Origin: a virus
Lineage: Duplodnaviria > Caudoviricetes
Virus record (IMG/VR): IMGVR_UViG_3300027749_000034
Strand: one strand, 5' to 3'
DNA: 64,000 bases
Shown here: in pieces, positions 10,711 through 19,914 of the stretch
Layout: every line of letters begins with the position of its first letter
Numbering within the stretch: the first letter of the stretch is position 1
Translations under genes and position numbers: made by a program
Notes under the pieces: model-generated
Database searches by the model: none
Told to the model about the DNA's origin: nothing
What the model saw: the letters and a program-made list of their open reading frames with translations, nothing else

Positions 10711-11811
10711 ATGTCAGCGACCGTTTTTAATCAGAATAAAGTAGACTTTACCAAACAACCTATGTTTTTTGGCGAGGCCCTAAATGCCCAGCGGTTTGAT
10801 GTATTCAAGTATCCGGTGTTTGATAAACTCACACAAACACAGCTTGGATACTTTTGGAGACCCGAAGAAGTGAGTTTGCAAAAAGATCGTAGTGACTACA
10901 TGGACTTCCGTGATGAACAGAAGTTTATTTTCACTGCCAATCTAAAGTATCAAATACTGCTTGACAGCGTACAAGGTCGTGCGCCAGCAATGGCATTCAT
11001 GCCATATTGTTCGTTGCCTGAACTTGAAGGATGCATGAACGCATGGCAATTCTTTGAAAACATTCACAGCAGATCATACACACACATCATTAAAAATGTT
11101 TACAGTGATCCAAGCGAAGTATTTGATACCATGCTGGATGATGAGAAAATTATTGCCAGAGCCAAATCAGTGACCAAATCATACGATGAGTTCATTGCCG
11201 CGGCACAGCAATTTACAGTGACAGGCAAAGGTTCCATGCGAGATGTCAAGAAGAAGCTGTTCTTGGCCATGGTAAATGTAAACGCACTTGAAGCACTTAG
11301 ATTTTTTGTCAGCTTTGCATGTAGCTTTGCATTTGGCGAACTGAAGAAAATGGAAGGCTCTGCTAAAATTATTAGTTTGATTGCCCGAGACGAAAGTCAA
11401 CATTTAAGCATTACTAGCCATATCATTAAAAATTGGCAAAGAGGCGATGACCCAGAAATGCAAGAAATTGCACAAGAAAATTATTCGGCCATTGGTGAAA
11501 TCTATGACCAAGTTGTTGCTGAAGAAAAAGATTGGGCAGACCATTTGTTTAGCCGCGGAGCCATTGTTGGTTTAAATGAACGCCTATTACACCAGTATGT
11601 TGAATATATTGGTAATCGCCGCCTTAAAGGGCTAGGAGTTGAACAACGATATGACCGAAGTGCTAACGATAATCCGTTACCTTGGACAGAGCATTGGACA
11701 AGTAGCAAGGGACTTCAAGTGGCCCCACAAGAAACCGAAATTGAAAGTTATGTCATTGGAGGAATTAAGCAAGATGTTAGCAAAAGTACCTTCGCCGGCT
11801 TCAAGCTCTGA
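10711..11811 (+). CDS. nrdB: ribonucleotide reductase class Ia beta subunit
   Basis: FWRPEEV, ENIHSRSY, EALRFFVSF, RDESQH di-iron motifs; QETEIESY tail. Confidence 0.97.
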   Translation: MSATVFNQNKVDFTKQPMFFGEALNAQRFDVFKYPVFDKLTQTQLGYFWRPEEVSLQKDRSDYMDFRDEQKFIFTANLKYQILLDSVQGRAPAMAFMPYCSLPELEGCMNAWQFFENIHSRSYTHIIKNVYSDPSEVFDTMLDDEKIIARAKSVTKSYDEFIAAAQQFTVTGKGSMRDVKKKLFLAMVNVNALEALRFFVSFACSFAFGELKKMEGSAKIISLIARDESQHLSITSHIIKNWQRGDDPEMQEIAQENYSAIGEIYDQVVAEEKDWADHLFSRGAIVGLNERLLHQYVEYIGNRRLKGLGVEQRYDRSANDNPLPWTEHWTSSKGLQVAPQETEIESYVIGGIKQDVSKSTFAGFKL

Positions 11812-12058
11812 GTTTTCTGAACTATATACAATGGAAGGTTGTGCGGCTTGCAAAAGCTCTATAACCAAACTTATTGATGCAGGGTATGAATTTGATATTA
11901 TTCACTACACTGATGAAAGTTCAACCCGATGTAATCGGGTGTGGGAACATAGACTAGGAAAGAATCCAAATAGTGTTCCACAGTTTTGGTACAAAGGCCA
12001 ATACATTGGCGGTAGTGTTGAAATTGCAAAATTTATAAAGGATAATGATGTTACTTGA
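11774..12058 (+). CDS. glutaredoxin
   Basis: CAAC active site, SVPQ, YIGG; start uncertain (GGAGG-linked ATG 11774 inside nrdB, or 11831). Confidence 0.8.
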   Translation: MLAKVPSPASSSEFSELYTMEGCAACKSSITKLIDAGYEFDIIHYTDESSTRCNRVWEHRLGKNPNSVPQFWYKGQYIGGSVEIAKFIKDNDVT

Positions 12059-12365
12059 TATTAAGAAAAATGGCGATGTAATAAGTTTAAAAATGAGTTC
12101 AGGTGAAGAACTCATTGGAATGTATGTTGAAGAAGACAATGCCAACTACACAATTGATCGTCCAGTTACATTGACTGTTGGCCCCAAAGGTGGTCCAGCA
12201 CTGACTCCTTACCTTATGACTGTTAGTCCAGATAGGACTAGAAATTTAAAAATCAACAAGAATCTTGTTGTCACAGTAGCATCAACTGACACGCAATTGG
12301 CTGATCAGTATACTTCTGCTTTGAGCGGAATACAAGTGGCACCAAAAGGCATGGTCTTCAACTAA
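12045..12365 (+). CDS. conserved phage hypothetical protein (Sm-like fold)
   Basis: VISLKMSSGEELIG beta-strand pattern. Confidence 0.65.
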   Translation: MMLLDIKKNGDVISLKMSSGEELIGMYVEEDNANYTIDRPVTLTVGPKGGPALTPYLMTVSPDRTRNLKINKNLVVTVASTDTQLADQYTSALSGIQVAPKGMVFN

Positions 12366-12366
12366 A

Positions 12367-12621
12367 ATGACAGCCGTACACAGATTAGGAGATCCCAATG
12401 AGGATAACGGTAAAATTACAAGTATTCCTCAGGGAACTGTCTTTGCAAACGAACTCTTAATCAGTATTGATGGCAGTGATGTTGAAAATGAACCAAATAC
12501 AGCCAACGGTAGCCCTACTGTTTTTATTGGTGGCATCCCAGTAAACCGACAGGGTGACGAAGATGAAAGCGGTAGCAGGCGAGCTGAGGGCAGTGGAAAT
12601 GTGTTTGTAGGACCCGACTAA
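12367..12621 (+). CDS. PAAR-domain baseplate spike tip
   Basis: AVHRLGD, GSPTVFIGGIPVNRQGD, GSGNVFVG repeats. Confidence 0.88.
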   Translation: MTAVHRLGDPNEDNGKITSIPQGTVFANELLISIDGSDVENEPNTANGSPTVFIGGIPVNRQGDEDESGSRRAEGSGNVFVGPD

Positions 12622-12672
12622 TATTTTGTAAAACTTCTATAAATATAGGTTTAGAAATGGGAGTTTTATTCA

Positions 12673-13341
12673 ATGTGTTCAGTAAAGCCAACAGATACCG
12701 GAGCCAGACAAACTACAGAATCGGGTCAGATTTTTTACCCTGATACTCCTTCTGGCCATGCCGCAGCCACTGAAGATATGAAAGCAGCCGGAGGTGGTGG
12801 AGACAAAGGACACCCACCTGATAATACACCTCCACCAACCGATTTTACTGATTGTTCAACATATTCAGATGATAAATGGGATACAGGCTGTAGTAAAAAT
12901 TTCCGTTTTTCCCAAATGAAATATAAGCCAGTTGATGGACAAGGAAGTGCGCCAAAAGCAGACTTGGCATGCAATTGGCAAAAATTATGTCAACAATGTT
13001 TAGACCCAATCAAAGCACAGTTTCCTGGTATGGCCATTAATTCTGGATATCGCACACTGGCATATGACGCCACATTAGGTGGCACAGGAAAGGGCGATCA
13101 CACATATGGTAAAGCCGCTGATATTTCTCTAGGCGGTCCAGAAGGTGCCAAACAAATGTTCAAATGGATTAGAGCAAACAACATACCATATAGCCAATTG
13201 ATATTTGAAAATAATTGGGTACATATATCTCTGGGCGGTGGCTCTAATGCGGCGTCAGCGGTCGGAGTCACTAGAACAGGTACTGCACCATATCAATGGT
13301 ATGCTAAAAATGCAACAAACTTGCCACCTGACCTAGCATAA
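12673..13341 (+). CDS. peptidase M15A-like Zn endopeptidase
   Basis: INSGYR, H-x6-D (HTYGKAAD), WVHIS zinc ligands. Confidence 0.85.
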   Translation: MCSVKPTDTGARQTTESGQIFYPDTPSGHAAATEDMKAAGGGGDKGHPPDNTPPPTDFTDCSTYSDDKWDTGCSKNFRFSQMKYKPVDGQGSAPKADLACNWQKLCQQCLDPIKAQFPGMAINSGYRTLAYDATLGGTGKGDHTYGKAADISLGGPEGAKQMFKWIRANNIPYSQLIFENNWVHISLGGGSNAASAVGVTRTGTAPYQWYAKNATNLPPDLA

Positions 13342-13351
13342 GTATCATACC

Positions 13352-15178
13352 ATGGCAGACATTCCAGTTATACCCGGCGTTTCAGTTACCCCAATGGGGA
13401 TACTCAATAGACCAATCAAAGACATCATTTGTGCTATCCTTTTTGGTGGCATCAATAACATGCTCAAAGGAAATTTACTTTGTGTAAATTTAGACTTGGA
13501 AAAATTGTTAGATGAACCAATTGTTGCAGACATAAAAGCCGAGTTGACAGATCTAAAGAATGAACTCAAGGCCATGGAAGAAGCGTCTGGTATCAAAGAT
13601 GTGCTTGGCCGAGTCAATCAGGGCATCGCTGAAGTTCAAAATCTACTGGCACTGGATGGCTTATGTAAAATTCCACTGAAGTGTCCTCCGATACCCGACA
13701 TCCTGAACATGACCATTGACGCAGAGTTTGCCACTGCCAATGCAATTTTGGATGATATTGGTAGATTAGAAAAACCAAAATTATGTATCAATGGTGCTGG
13801 TGGTCTCAATACTGGTTCATACAATCCCAGTAGCATCTTGGGTAGAATACAAAGCAACATTACCAGACTGGGAACTATTCCTGGTCATGAATTAGACATA
13901 TTAAAAAGACAATTGACACGAGTGACTGCTGGACTAAAGGCCAGTCTCAATAGACAGTTGTTTCCAGATTTCAGACACAAGACAGATTTGACAACAGGCA
14001 GGCCATATGCTAAAGGTGGTGCTGGTGTAATACTGGCCAGTGCCGCTGAACAGACCAAACTGAAGGCCAAGATTGCCGCTGACTCAGCATCGCCTGCAGG
14101 CCTACTGGCATGGCAACAGGTAGCAAACATGCCTGGAGCATCTGCCGCGGATATTCAAGCATCATATCCGCCAGGTGACGCCAGTCTAAAAGATGCAGTC
14201 AACATAGCACAGACTCTGGTAGGTGGAATGAAAAAGACTGCCAGTTATCCTTCCACAGCCAATGGAATTATAAATGCAAACATGTGGCCCGGTGTGTTGG
14301 GTCCAGACATATATGCTATGGCAGTACAGGCAATGAGTCCACAGGACCCGCTATTTGTACAACAAGATCCACTGTATGATTATTGCGGTAAGTTCATTGG
14401 ATACAATGAAACAGTTATAACCGGCGACTCTGCATACAAAGGTGGCGACCCAAAGAAAGATGCTGTATTGAATCCACACAAAACAAACTTTGAATTCAAT
14501 TGGATCGCAGATAGACAATGTTGGGCAGTCACTGGCGTACAAAGCGAGCAAGTGGTAAATGGAAGAAAGGACACTTATCTAGATGCAAATCCAGAAATTG
14601 AATTGCATCGAGGGTATAGTCATATTCTAAGTGTGCCAAGTGCTGACATCAGTGGATTCGTTATGAGTGGCGACTATCCAACAGCAACTAGTACGGCTCC
14701 AGAATTTTTTATATGTCGAGTTGGAAACGATCTAAGGCCACTGATTGCCAATGGCGAAATTGTCAAGTTCAACATGGGACTAAGCAGACTTGAGACATCA
14801 GAAGTATTGGACAATGCCAATGGTTGGCTACCAAGTGAAACAGAACATGCGGGTATTGATGGTCCAGAAGGATACAATCGTAGATTAGAAAACCCAATGG
14901 GTACCACATTGTATTTTTCAGTCGAACAACGACAATACTCGGGTACTGTTCCTCCGCTGTACCCAAGCAAGGACATTTGGTGGTATAATCCAACCACTCT
15001 TATAACACAACAGTGGATACCAGATGGCGAGGCCAGTGGTCAATGGGTTGTAGTATCTGATCAGGATAGAAACAATCATTGGTATGGATCAAGTCCTTTG
15101 CAGAGCGATATAAGTGCAAACTATCTGGCCTACAGTAATCGAAATGGTTCAGTTTTTGGCCTATTAAAATTAATTTGA
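13352..15178 (+). CDS. hypothetical (putative virion/baseplate) protein
   Basis: 608-aa ORF next to PAAR/M15; TAAGTA at 13339. Confidence 0.7.
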   Translation: MADIPVIPGVSVTPMGILNRPIKDIICAILFGGINNMLKGNLLCVNLDLEKLLDEPIVADIKAELTDLKNELKAMEEASGIKDVLGRVNQGIAEVQNLLALDGLCKIPLKCPPIPDILNMTIDAEFATANAILDDIGRLEKPKLCINGAGGLNTGSYNPSSILGRIQSNITRLGTIPGHELDILKRQLTRVTAGLKASLNRQLFPDFRHKTDLTTGRPYAKGGAGVILASAAEQTKLKAKIAADSASPAGLLAWQQVANMPGASAADIQASYPPGDASLKDAVNIAQTLVGGMKKTASYPSTANGIINANMWPGVLGPDIYAMAVQAMSPQDPLFVQQDPLYDYCGKFIGYNETVITGDSAYKGGDPKKDAVLNPHKTNFEFNWIADRQCWAVTGVQSEQVVNGRKDTYLDANPEIELHRGYSHILSVPSADISGFVMSGDYPTATSTAPEFFICRVGNDLRPLIANGEIVKFNMGLSRLETSEVLDNANGWLPSETEHAGIDGPEGYNRRLENPMGTTLYFSVEQRQYSGTVPPLYPSKDIWWYNPTTLITQQWIPDGEASGQWVVVSDQDRNNHWYGSSPLQSDISANYLAYSNRNGSVFGLLKLI

Positions 15179-15203
15179 CAAGCCGATCAAATAAGTATAT
15201 ACT
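15175..15203 (+). promoter_or_regulatory. sigma70-type promoter of tmRNA
   Basis: TTGACA-17-TATACT. Confidence 0.85.
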
Positions 15204-15209
15204 GTAAGT

Positions 15210-15500
15210 TATTGCTGTATGAAGCAAAGAGAAAAGTGTTCTGGACGGGGGTGCGAATCCCCCCAGGTCCACCATAAGCACATAGTTGTCCTAGATGAAA
15301 GAAACCTCTTAGGGCTCTAGTGGGGATTGTGTGCTTTTGATGGGCCTGACCTAGATTCGACAGGGCAACAAGTAACAGAGTGGACAGCACGACAGCGATA
15401 GTCGTAAAAACTAAACAAAAGTAACCGCAAACGACTCACAGTTCGCATTAGCGGCCTAACAGCCACTTAGGGTAAGACATACCTCGTAACAGAAACTCAG
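15210..15500 (+). ncRNA. ssrA: tmRNA, circularly permuted two-piece form
   Basis: T-arm plus CAGGTCC-ACCA (ends 15274) precedes the 5' end GGGCCTG (15342) with G3.U; tag ORF ANDSQFALAA*; ends are approximate. Confidence 0.93.
15427..15459 (+). other. tmRNA proteolysis tag reading frame (ANDSQFALAA*)
   Basis: gca aac gac tca cag ttc gca tta gcg gcc taa. Confidence 0.9.
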
Positions 15501-15528
15501 AAAAGGTTGCTTCGGCAACCTTTTTCTT
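15501..15528 (+). terminator. intrinsic terminator
   Basis: AAAAGGTTGC-TTCG-GCAACCTTTTT. Confidence 0.9.
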
Positions 15529-15576
15529 TATAAGTATTTTTATAATACGAACATTATCACACTAAAGAATATATCA

Positions 15577-16032
15577 ATGGCTGAAATATTAATTGCAACA
15601 GAACAAGATAAAAGCGGCACAGATGTGACAATTTATATGGCGCAAACAATTGCCGGAAGTCCGGTGTATCCATTTTATTTAAAAAATTATGCAGAATTAA
15701 TGGATGCAGGTTTGGCTCAATCTCTGCTGTATTCATCAAATCGAACCAAAGCAGTATATGCAACGATTGACAATAAGGTTGTTGGAAACATAGTTTATGA
15801 AATACAAGAAGATGTTTTCAAGTCCTGCTACTTGTTGTTTAGTGCAGTTGACGAAAATTTTAGACAGCGTGGAATTTTGAAATTGATGCACAACCACTTT
15901 GAAGTTATTATTAAAAAACAAGGTGCAAAAAAATTGTACAGCTTTGTCCATGTAGATAATGCGCCCCGAATCGCCAGTTGTGTGGGCCTAGGTTTAGAAA
16001 AGCAATTTTATAAAATGTATAAAGTGTTGTAA
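15577..16032 (+). CDS. GNAT acetyltransferase
   Basis: VDENFRQRGI acetyl-CoA motif, HVDN motif. Confidence 0.8.
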   Translation: MAEILIATEQDKSGTDVTIYMAQTIAGSPVYPFYLKNYAELMDAGLAQSLLYSSNRTKAVYATIDNKVVGNIVYEIQEDVFKSCYLLFSAVDENFRQRGILKLMHNHFEVIIKKQGAKKLYSFVHVDNAPRIASCVGLGLEKQFYKMYKVL

Positions 16033-16072
16033 AAATACAACACTTGACCATTGTTTCCCTTTGTGCTATAAT
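16025..16072 (+). promoter_or_regulatory. palindromic operator plus sigma70 promoter
   Basis: TGTTGTAAAAATACAACA (16025-42) then TTGACC-17-TATAAT. Confidence 0.8.
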
Positions 16073-16095
16073 ACTGTATGAAACAGGAGAATCAT

Positions 16096-16599
16096 ATGGA
16101 ATTAGTAGAAAGAGCCAGAATTTTTGCAACAGCGGCCCATACCGCTGTGGCACAATTACGGAAGTACACTAATGAGCCGTACATTGTGCATCCTGCCGAA
16201 GTGGCCGGCATTGTTGCCACAGTTCCCCACACTCCCGAAATGTTAGCGGCCGCTTGGTTGCATGATGTGGTTGAAGACACTGGTGTTACCAACGAAGTGA
16301 TCCGTGCTGAATTTGGCGCCACAGTTGCAGAGTTGGTTGGCTGGTTAACTGATGTCAGCAGGCCCGAACAAGGCAATCGTGCTGTCCGCAAGGCAATAGA
16401 CCGGGCACATACTGCTGGTGCACCTGCTGAAGCACAGACTGTAAAGTTGGCCGACTTGATCTCAAACACCAGAAGCATTGTGGCACAAGATGTTGCCTTT
16501 GCCAAAGTGTACTTGGAAGAAAAGCGGTTGTTGTTGGAAGTGTTGACTCGTGGTGATGCCACATTGATGGCAGAAGCCAGGACCAGTGTGTCTAAATGA
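16096..16599 (+). CDS. HD-domain small alarmone hydrolase-like protein (SpoT/Mesh1 family)
   Basis: AH...RKY..EPYIVHP, WLHDVVEDT, VKLADLISN. Confidence 0.85.
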   Translation: MELVERARIFATAAHTAVAQLRKYTNEPYIVHPAEVAGIVATVPHTPEMLAAAWLHDVVEDTGVTNEVIRAEFGATVAELVGWLTDVSRPEQGNRAVRKAIDRAHTAGAPAEAQTVKLADLISNTRSIVAQDVAFAKVYLEEKRLLLEVLTRGDATLMAEARTSVSK

Positions 16600-16763
16600 T
16601 CAGCGAACAAGACCTTGTGTTTCGTTTGAGAAAAAGAGCAGAGATCCGGCGGCAAATTTCGACTCGAAAGAGTGTACAAGAAGGAGCCCCGGATCGAATT
16701 GCCGACCTGTTGGAAGAAGCCGCAGATGAAATCGAAAGACTTAGAAAAAATGAACCAGCCTAG
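16596..16763 (+). CDS. small hypothetical protein (not in ORF track)
   Basis: MISEQDLVFRLRKRAEIRRQ...DLLEEAADEIERLRK, fills the gap with overlaps at both ends. Confidence 0.7.
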   Translation: MISEQDLVFRLRKRAEIRRQISTRKSVQEGAPDRIADLLEEAADEIERLRKNEPA

Positions 16764-17220
16764 ATTGTACATGTTGATTGGAATCCCCGGTGCAGGTAAA
16801 AGTACCTGGATTAAAAATCAGCCTTGGGCCTTGGGGCTGACTGTGGTCAGTACAGATGCGTTTGTAGAAGATTATGCCAGAGCCCAAGGCAAGACCTATT
16901 CCGAAGTGTTTGAGGAATACATGCCCACTGCTGTTGACCTAATGAGTCAACAGATTGTATTTGCTCGAGATCACGGTCATACTGTAATTTGGGATCAGAC
17001 CAGTACCACAGTTAAAAGTCGTGCTAGAAAGTTTCGCATGTTGCCCAACTACTATCACATTGCTGTGGTGTTTAAAATACCAGACCATGTAGAATTAGCT
17101 CGCCGCTTGGCCGCAAGACCTGGCAAAGTAATTCCAGATCGAGTGCTGGATGATATGATTATTAATTGGGATGAGCCAGAAGAAGAAGAAGGCTTTGACG
17201 AGATCTGGTATATATCGTAA
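16750..17220 (+). CDS. P-loop kinase (polynucleotide kinase/AAA_33-like)
   Basis: LIGIPGAGKST, VSTD, WDQTS. Confidence 0.82.
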   Translation: MNQPRLYMLIGIPGAGKSTWIKNQPWALGLTVVSTDAFVEDYARAQGKTYSEVFEEYMPTAVDLMSQQIVFARDHGHTVIWDQTSTTVKSRARKFRMLPNYYHIAVVFKIPDHVELARRLAARPGKVIPDRVLDDMIINWDEPEEEEGFDEIWYIS

Positions 17221-17756
17221 TGAAAACATGGGTTACTTCTGACATACATTTTAGTCACACCAACATTTTAAAATTCTGTGCTGACAGTAGGCCGTTTCAC
17301 GACATCACTGAAATGAATACTGCAATTATCAACAATCACAATAGTGTGGTTGGTTATGATGATTTGGTTTACATACTGGGTGACATTGCATTTACCGATG
17401 CAATTTCAGCATCCAGGCTGTTGAATCGAATGAATGGAAAAAAGATTCTGATCAAGGGCAATCACGATGTCAAGCTGTTGAGAGATCAAACTTTTAGAAA
17501 CTGTTTTGCAGAGATACACGAATACTTGGAACTTGGTTACAAAGAATTCCGGATTGTATTGTTTCATTATCCAATTTGGGAATGGGATATGATGCATAGA
17601 GGTGCGCTACACTTCCATGGTCACTGCCATGCTAGGCCCACCGGTGTTCCTGGCAGGATCTTGGATGTCAGCATGGATGGAAACAATTGCTTTCCTTACA
17701 GTATGGATGAAGCAGTTCAATTGGCCATGAAAAAAATTGTCAGAAGTCACCATTGA
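17220..17756 (+). CDS. calcineurin-like metallophosphoesterase
   Basis: SDIHF, LGD, GNHD, FHYP, HGHCH. Confidence 0.88.
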   Translation: MKTWVTSDIHFSHTNILKFCADSRPFHDITEMNTAIINNHNSVVGYDDLVYILGDIAFTDAISASRLLNRMNGKKILIKGNHDVKLLRDQTFRNCFAEIHEYLELGYKEFRIVLFHYPIWEWDMMHRGALHFHGHCHARPTGVPGRILDVSMDGNNCFPYSMDEAVQLAMKKIVRSHH

Positions 17757-17812
17757 CAACTGCGATAACTTCAGCTATAATAACTTTGCAACAATCATTT
17801 TAGGAGATTTAT

Positions 17813-18346
17813 ATGATCACAATGAAAGAGTGGATGGAATTGGTTGACTATAAAATTACCGAAGGTAGTGAATATGGTTGGTCGTGTTATGGCCCAAATG
17901 CTTACTGTTTAGACTCATGGAATGGAGTACATGGTGCAGGTGGATATAGTTTTAGCATTGTATTCAGTACTAAAACACAAAAGGTCTACGAAGTCAGTGT
18001 ATGTGACTATACCAATGACCGTGCCTATCGTATGATTGTAGAGAACAAGCAGGACAAGCACCGCAAGGAAGCAGAATCCAAAAGCGAACTGGCCAATCAA
18101 GCATGGGACGATGTCAACTATATTGATTTGGATGTTGATGATGATTTTTTCCAAAAATCACTGGCCATCAAAGAAGGAGATGAGTATGACACTCGTATAC
18201 TGGTTCCGGTTGACTTCAGTGATGACGATTTGTTGCACTACATGAAAATAGCACATGATATGGACATCACATTCAACGAATTTGTTGAAATGGCACTAGA
18301 AGAAGCCATAGCAAAGCATCAAATATTGCCAAAATCCGACGATTAA
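17813..18346 (+). CDS. hypothetical protein
   Basis: 177-aa ORF, AGGAG RBS, upstream TTGACA/TATAAT. Confidence 0.75.
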   Translation: MITMKEWMELVDYKITEGSEYGWSCYGPNAYCLDSWNGVHGAGGYSFSIVFSTKTQKVYEVSVCDYTNDRAYRMIVENKQDKHRKEAESKSELANQAWDDVNYIDLDVDDDFFQKSLAIKEGDEYDTRILVPVDFSDDDLLHYMKIAHDMDITFNEFVEMALEEAIAKHQILPKSDD

Positions 18347-18350
18347 GGTT

Positions 18351-18368
18351 ATTACAGATTGTTTACAA
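18351..18368 (-). promoter_or_regulatory. possible Pho-box-like tandem repeat
   Basis: TTGTAAA-CAAT-CTGTAAT (11-bp period) on minus strand, upstream of porin-like gene. Confidence 0.3.
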
Positions 18369-18436
18369 TCTATAAATAGTGTTCACAGTTAAGTATTTTC
18401 GAATACTTGGGTGTATATAAAAAGGAAATATAATTT

Positions 18437-18997
18437 ATGAAAAAAGTCTTAGCAATTTTAGCACTAACTATTAGTGGCTCAGTATTTGCAGGTTCTATCA
18501 CAGTTGAAGGTCAGAACATTGACGGTCAAAGTGGCGGCGCCGATCAGAAAAACTTCAACATGACAGCAAAGGAAAGTATCAACAATACTTTTGCAGGCCA
18601 TATTCAAGTTTCAACAACTCAGACAGATAATACCAATGCATTGTCAACTCGTCTTGAGGCTGGTTTGACCGGTTCTGTTGCAGTATTTGGTCCAGTGACT
18701 GGTTATACCACAGTTGCAGTAGGTGAGAAATACAGTTCCACTGGTAGTTTTGCTTACTACTCAGTTGAGCCAGGTCTCTCTGCACCAATTGGTAGCACTG
18801 GTCTAACTGCAAAGGTTGGATACCGTTATCGTACTTCGTTTGATAATTCCAGCGTTAACTTGGATACAACTCAAACAGTTCGTGCTGGCGTATCATATGC
18901 TCTTAGCAAACAAGATGCAGTTGGTGTCCGTTACGACAAGGTAACAGGCGATTCCAAGCAAAATATTATGGCAGTCAACTACACTCGCAGTTTCTAA
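18437..18997 (+). CDS. outer-membrane beta-barrel (porin-like) protein
   Basis: Sec signal ending VFA, alternating amphipathic strands, C-terminal YTRSF. Confidence 0.8.
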   Translation: MKKVLAILALTISGSVFAGSITVEGQNIDGQSGGADQKNFNMTAKESINNTFAGHIQVSTTQTDNTNALSTRLEAGLTGSVAVFGPVTGYTTVAVGEKYSSTGSFAYYSVEPGLSAPIGSTGLTAKVGYRYRTSFDNSSVNLDTTQTVRAGVSYALSKQDAVGVRYDKVTGDSKQNIMAVNYTRSF

Positions 18998-19017
18998 TTT
19001 TTTAAATTAGTTTCACC

Positions 19018-19043
19018 AAAAGCCACCACTACGGTGGCTTTTG
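19018..19043 (+). terminator. intrinsic terminator
   Basis: AAAAGCCACC-ACTAC-GGTGGCTTTT. Confidence 0.8.
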
Positions 19044-19112
19044 TGTTTTTGCAGTACATAACTATAATGTAAGACAACAGTTTTACGACACACTCAAACA
19101 CAGGAGATTATT

Positions 19113-19379
19113 ATGAGTACAATTGCCCCTAACGGCTACCAACTTCGTCTTGAACTACTCAAGATGTCAAAAGAAATGCTAGAGCAAGACTGGCATGCAC
19201 ATCGCGAATCGCTTCGGTCTCAATGGGAACAAGAAGTTAACTTGGTCCAAATTCGAGCCCATTCAATTGATCAACCAGTTGAAGCAGTTCCAGCACAACC
19301 CGCCTTCCGACCTTTTCCTACTGAGGAAGAGATCATCAAGAAGGCCAAGGTCCTAAACGAGTTCATTGCACAGAAGTAA
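19113..19379 (+). CDS. hypothetical protein
   Basis: 88-aa ORF, AGGAG RBS. Confidence 0.75.
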   Translation: MSTIAPNGYQLRLELLKMSKEMLEQDWHAHRESLRSQWEQEVNLVQIRAHSIDQPVEAVPAQPAFRPFPTEEEIIKKAKVLNEFIAQK

Positions 19380-19498
19380 TAAACGGTAGTTTCGCCAAAA
19401 GAAGTCTATGTGGCTAACACCTCATAGACTTTCTGTTTAAGTAATGTTACAATGTTAAAAGCATCACAATTAGTGATGTAATAATTTAAGGAAACACA

Positions 19499-19777
19499 AT
19501 GTTAAAGAAATTTGATGAAACCACTAAACAGTATAAACTGTTCAAAGCCCTTGTTATCAATGGCGAGTCATTGACAGAAGCCGCAATTGAAAAGCGTTTT
19601 GGTATCAAGAACCCAACTGCAACAATCAGCGTTATTCGTCAACGCGGTTATGCAGTTTATGCAAATCCCCGTAAAGCAGGTAATGGCGTTCAGGTCACTG
19701 AATATCGCCATGGTGAAGCCAGCCGTCGTATGGTAGCTTTGGCATACAAAGCACAGGCCATGGGCATCACAATCTAA
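19499..19777 (+). CDS. putative winged-helix DNA-binding protein
   Basis: LTEAAIEKRFGIKNPTATISVIRQRGY HTH-like segment. Confidence 0.6.
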   Translation: MLKKFDETTKQYKLFKALVINGESLTEAAIEKRFGIKNPTATISVIRQRGYAVYANPRKAGNGVQVTEYRHGEASRRMVALAYKAQAMGITI

Positions 19778-19800
19778 TTTGCTTAAAAATTAGACAAATT

Positions 19801-19823
19801 AGCCCCTTAATTGGGGCTTTTTT
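19801..19823 (+). terminator. intrinsic terminator
   Basis: AGCCCC-TTAATT-GGGGCTTTTTT. Confidence 0.85.
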
Positions 19824-19828
19824 GCGGC

Positions 19829-19884
19829 TGTAGCATAAAAACAACAGAAAAACGGTTGACAGCAAAACAGTTTAATAGTATAAT
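19829..19884 (+). promoter_or_regulatory. degenerate operator plus sigma70 promoter
   Basis: TGTAGCATAAAAACAACA then TTGACA-17-TATAAT. Confidence 0.75.
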
Positions 19885-19914
19885 ATACAAATACAAATAC
19901 ATGAAAGTTCAACT

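Noticed and set aside
8369-11811. Intein, intron or homing endonuclease in nrdA/nrdB
   Set aside because: Both have normal length and continuous motifs.
7316-11868. Antisense or alternate-frame ORFs within the exonuclease, nrdA and nrdB genes
   Set aside because: Fully nested in conserved genes with no motifs or RBS.
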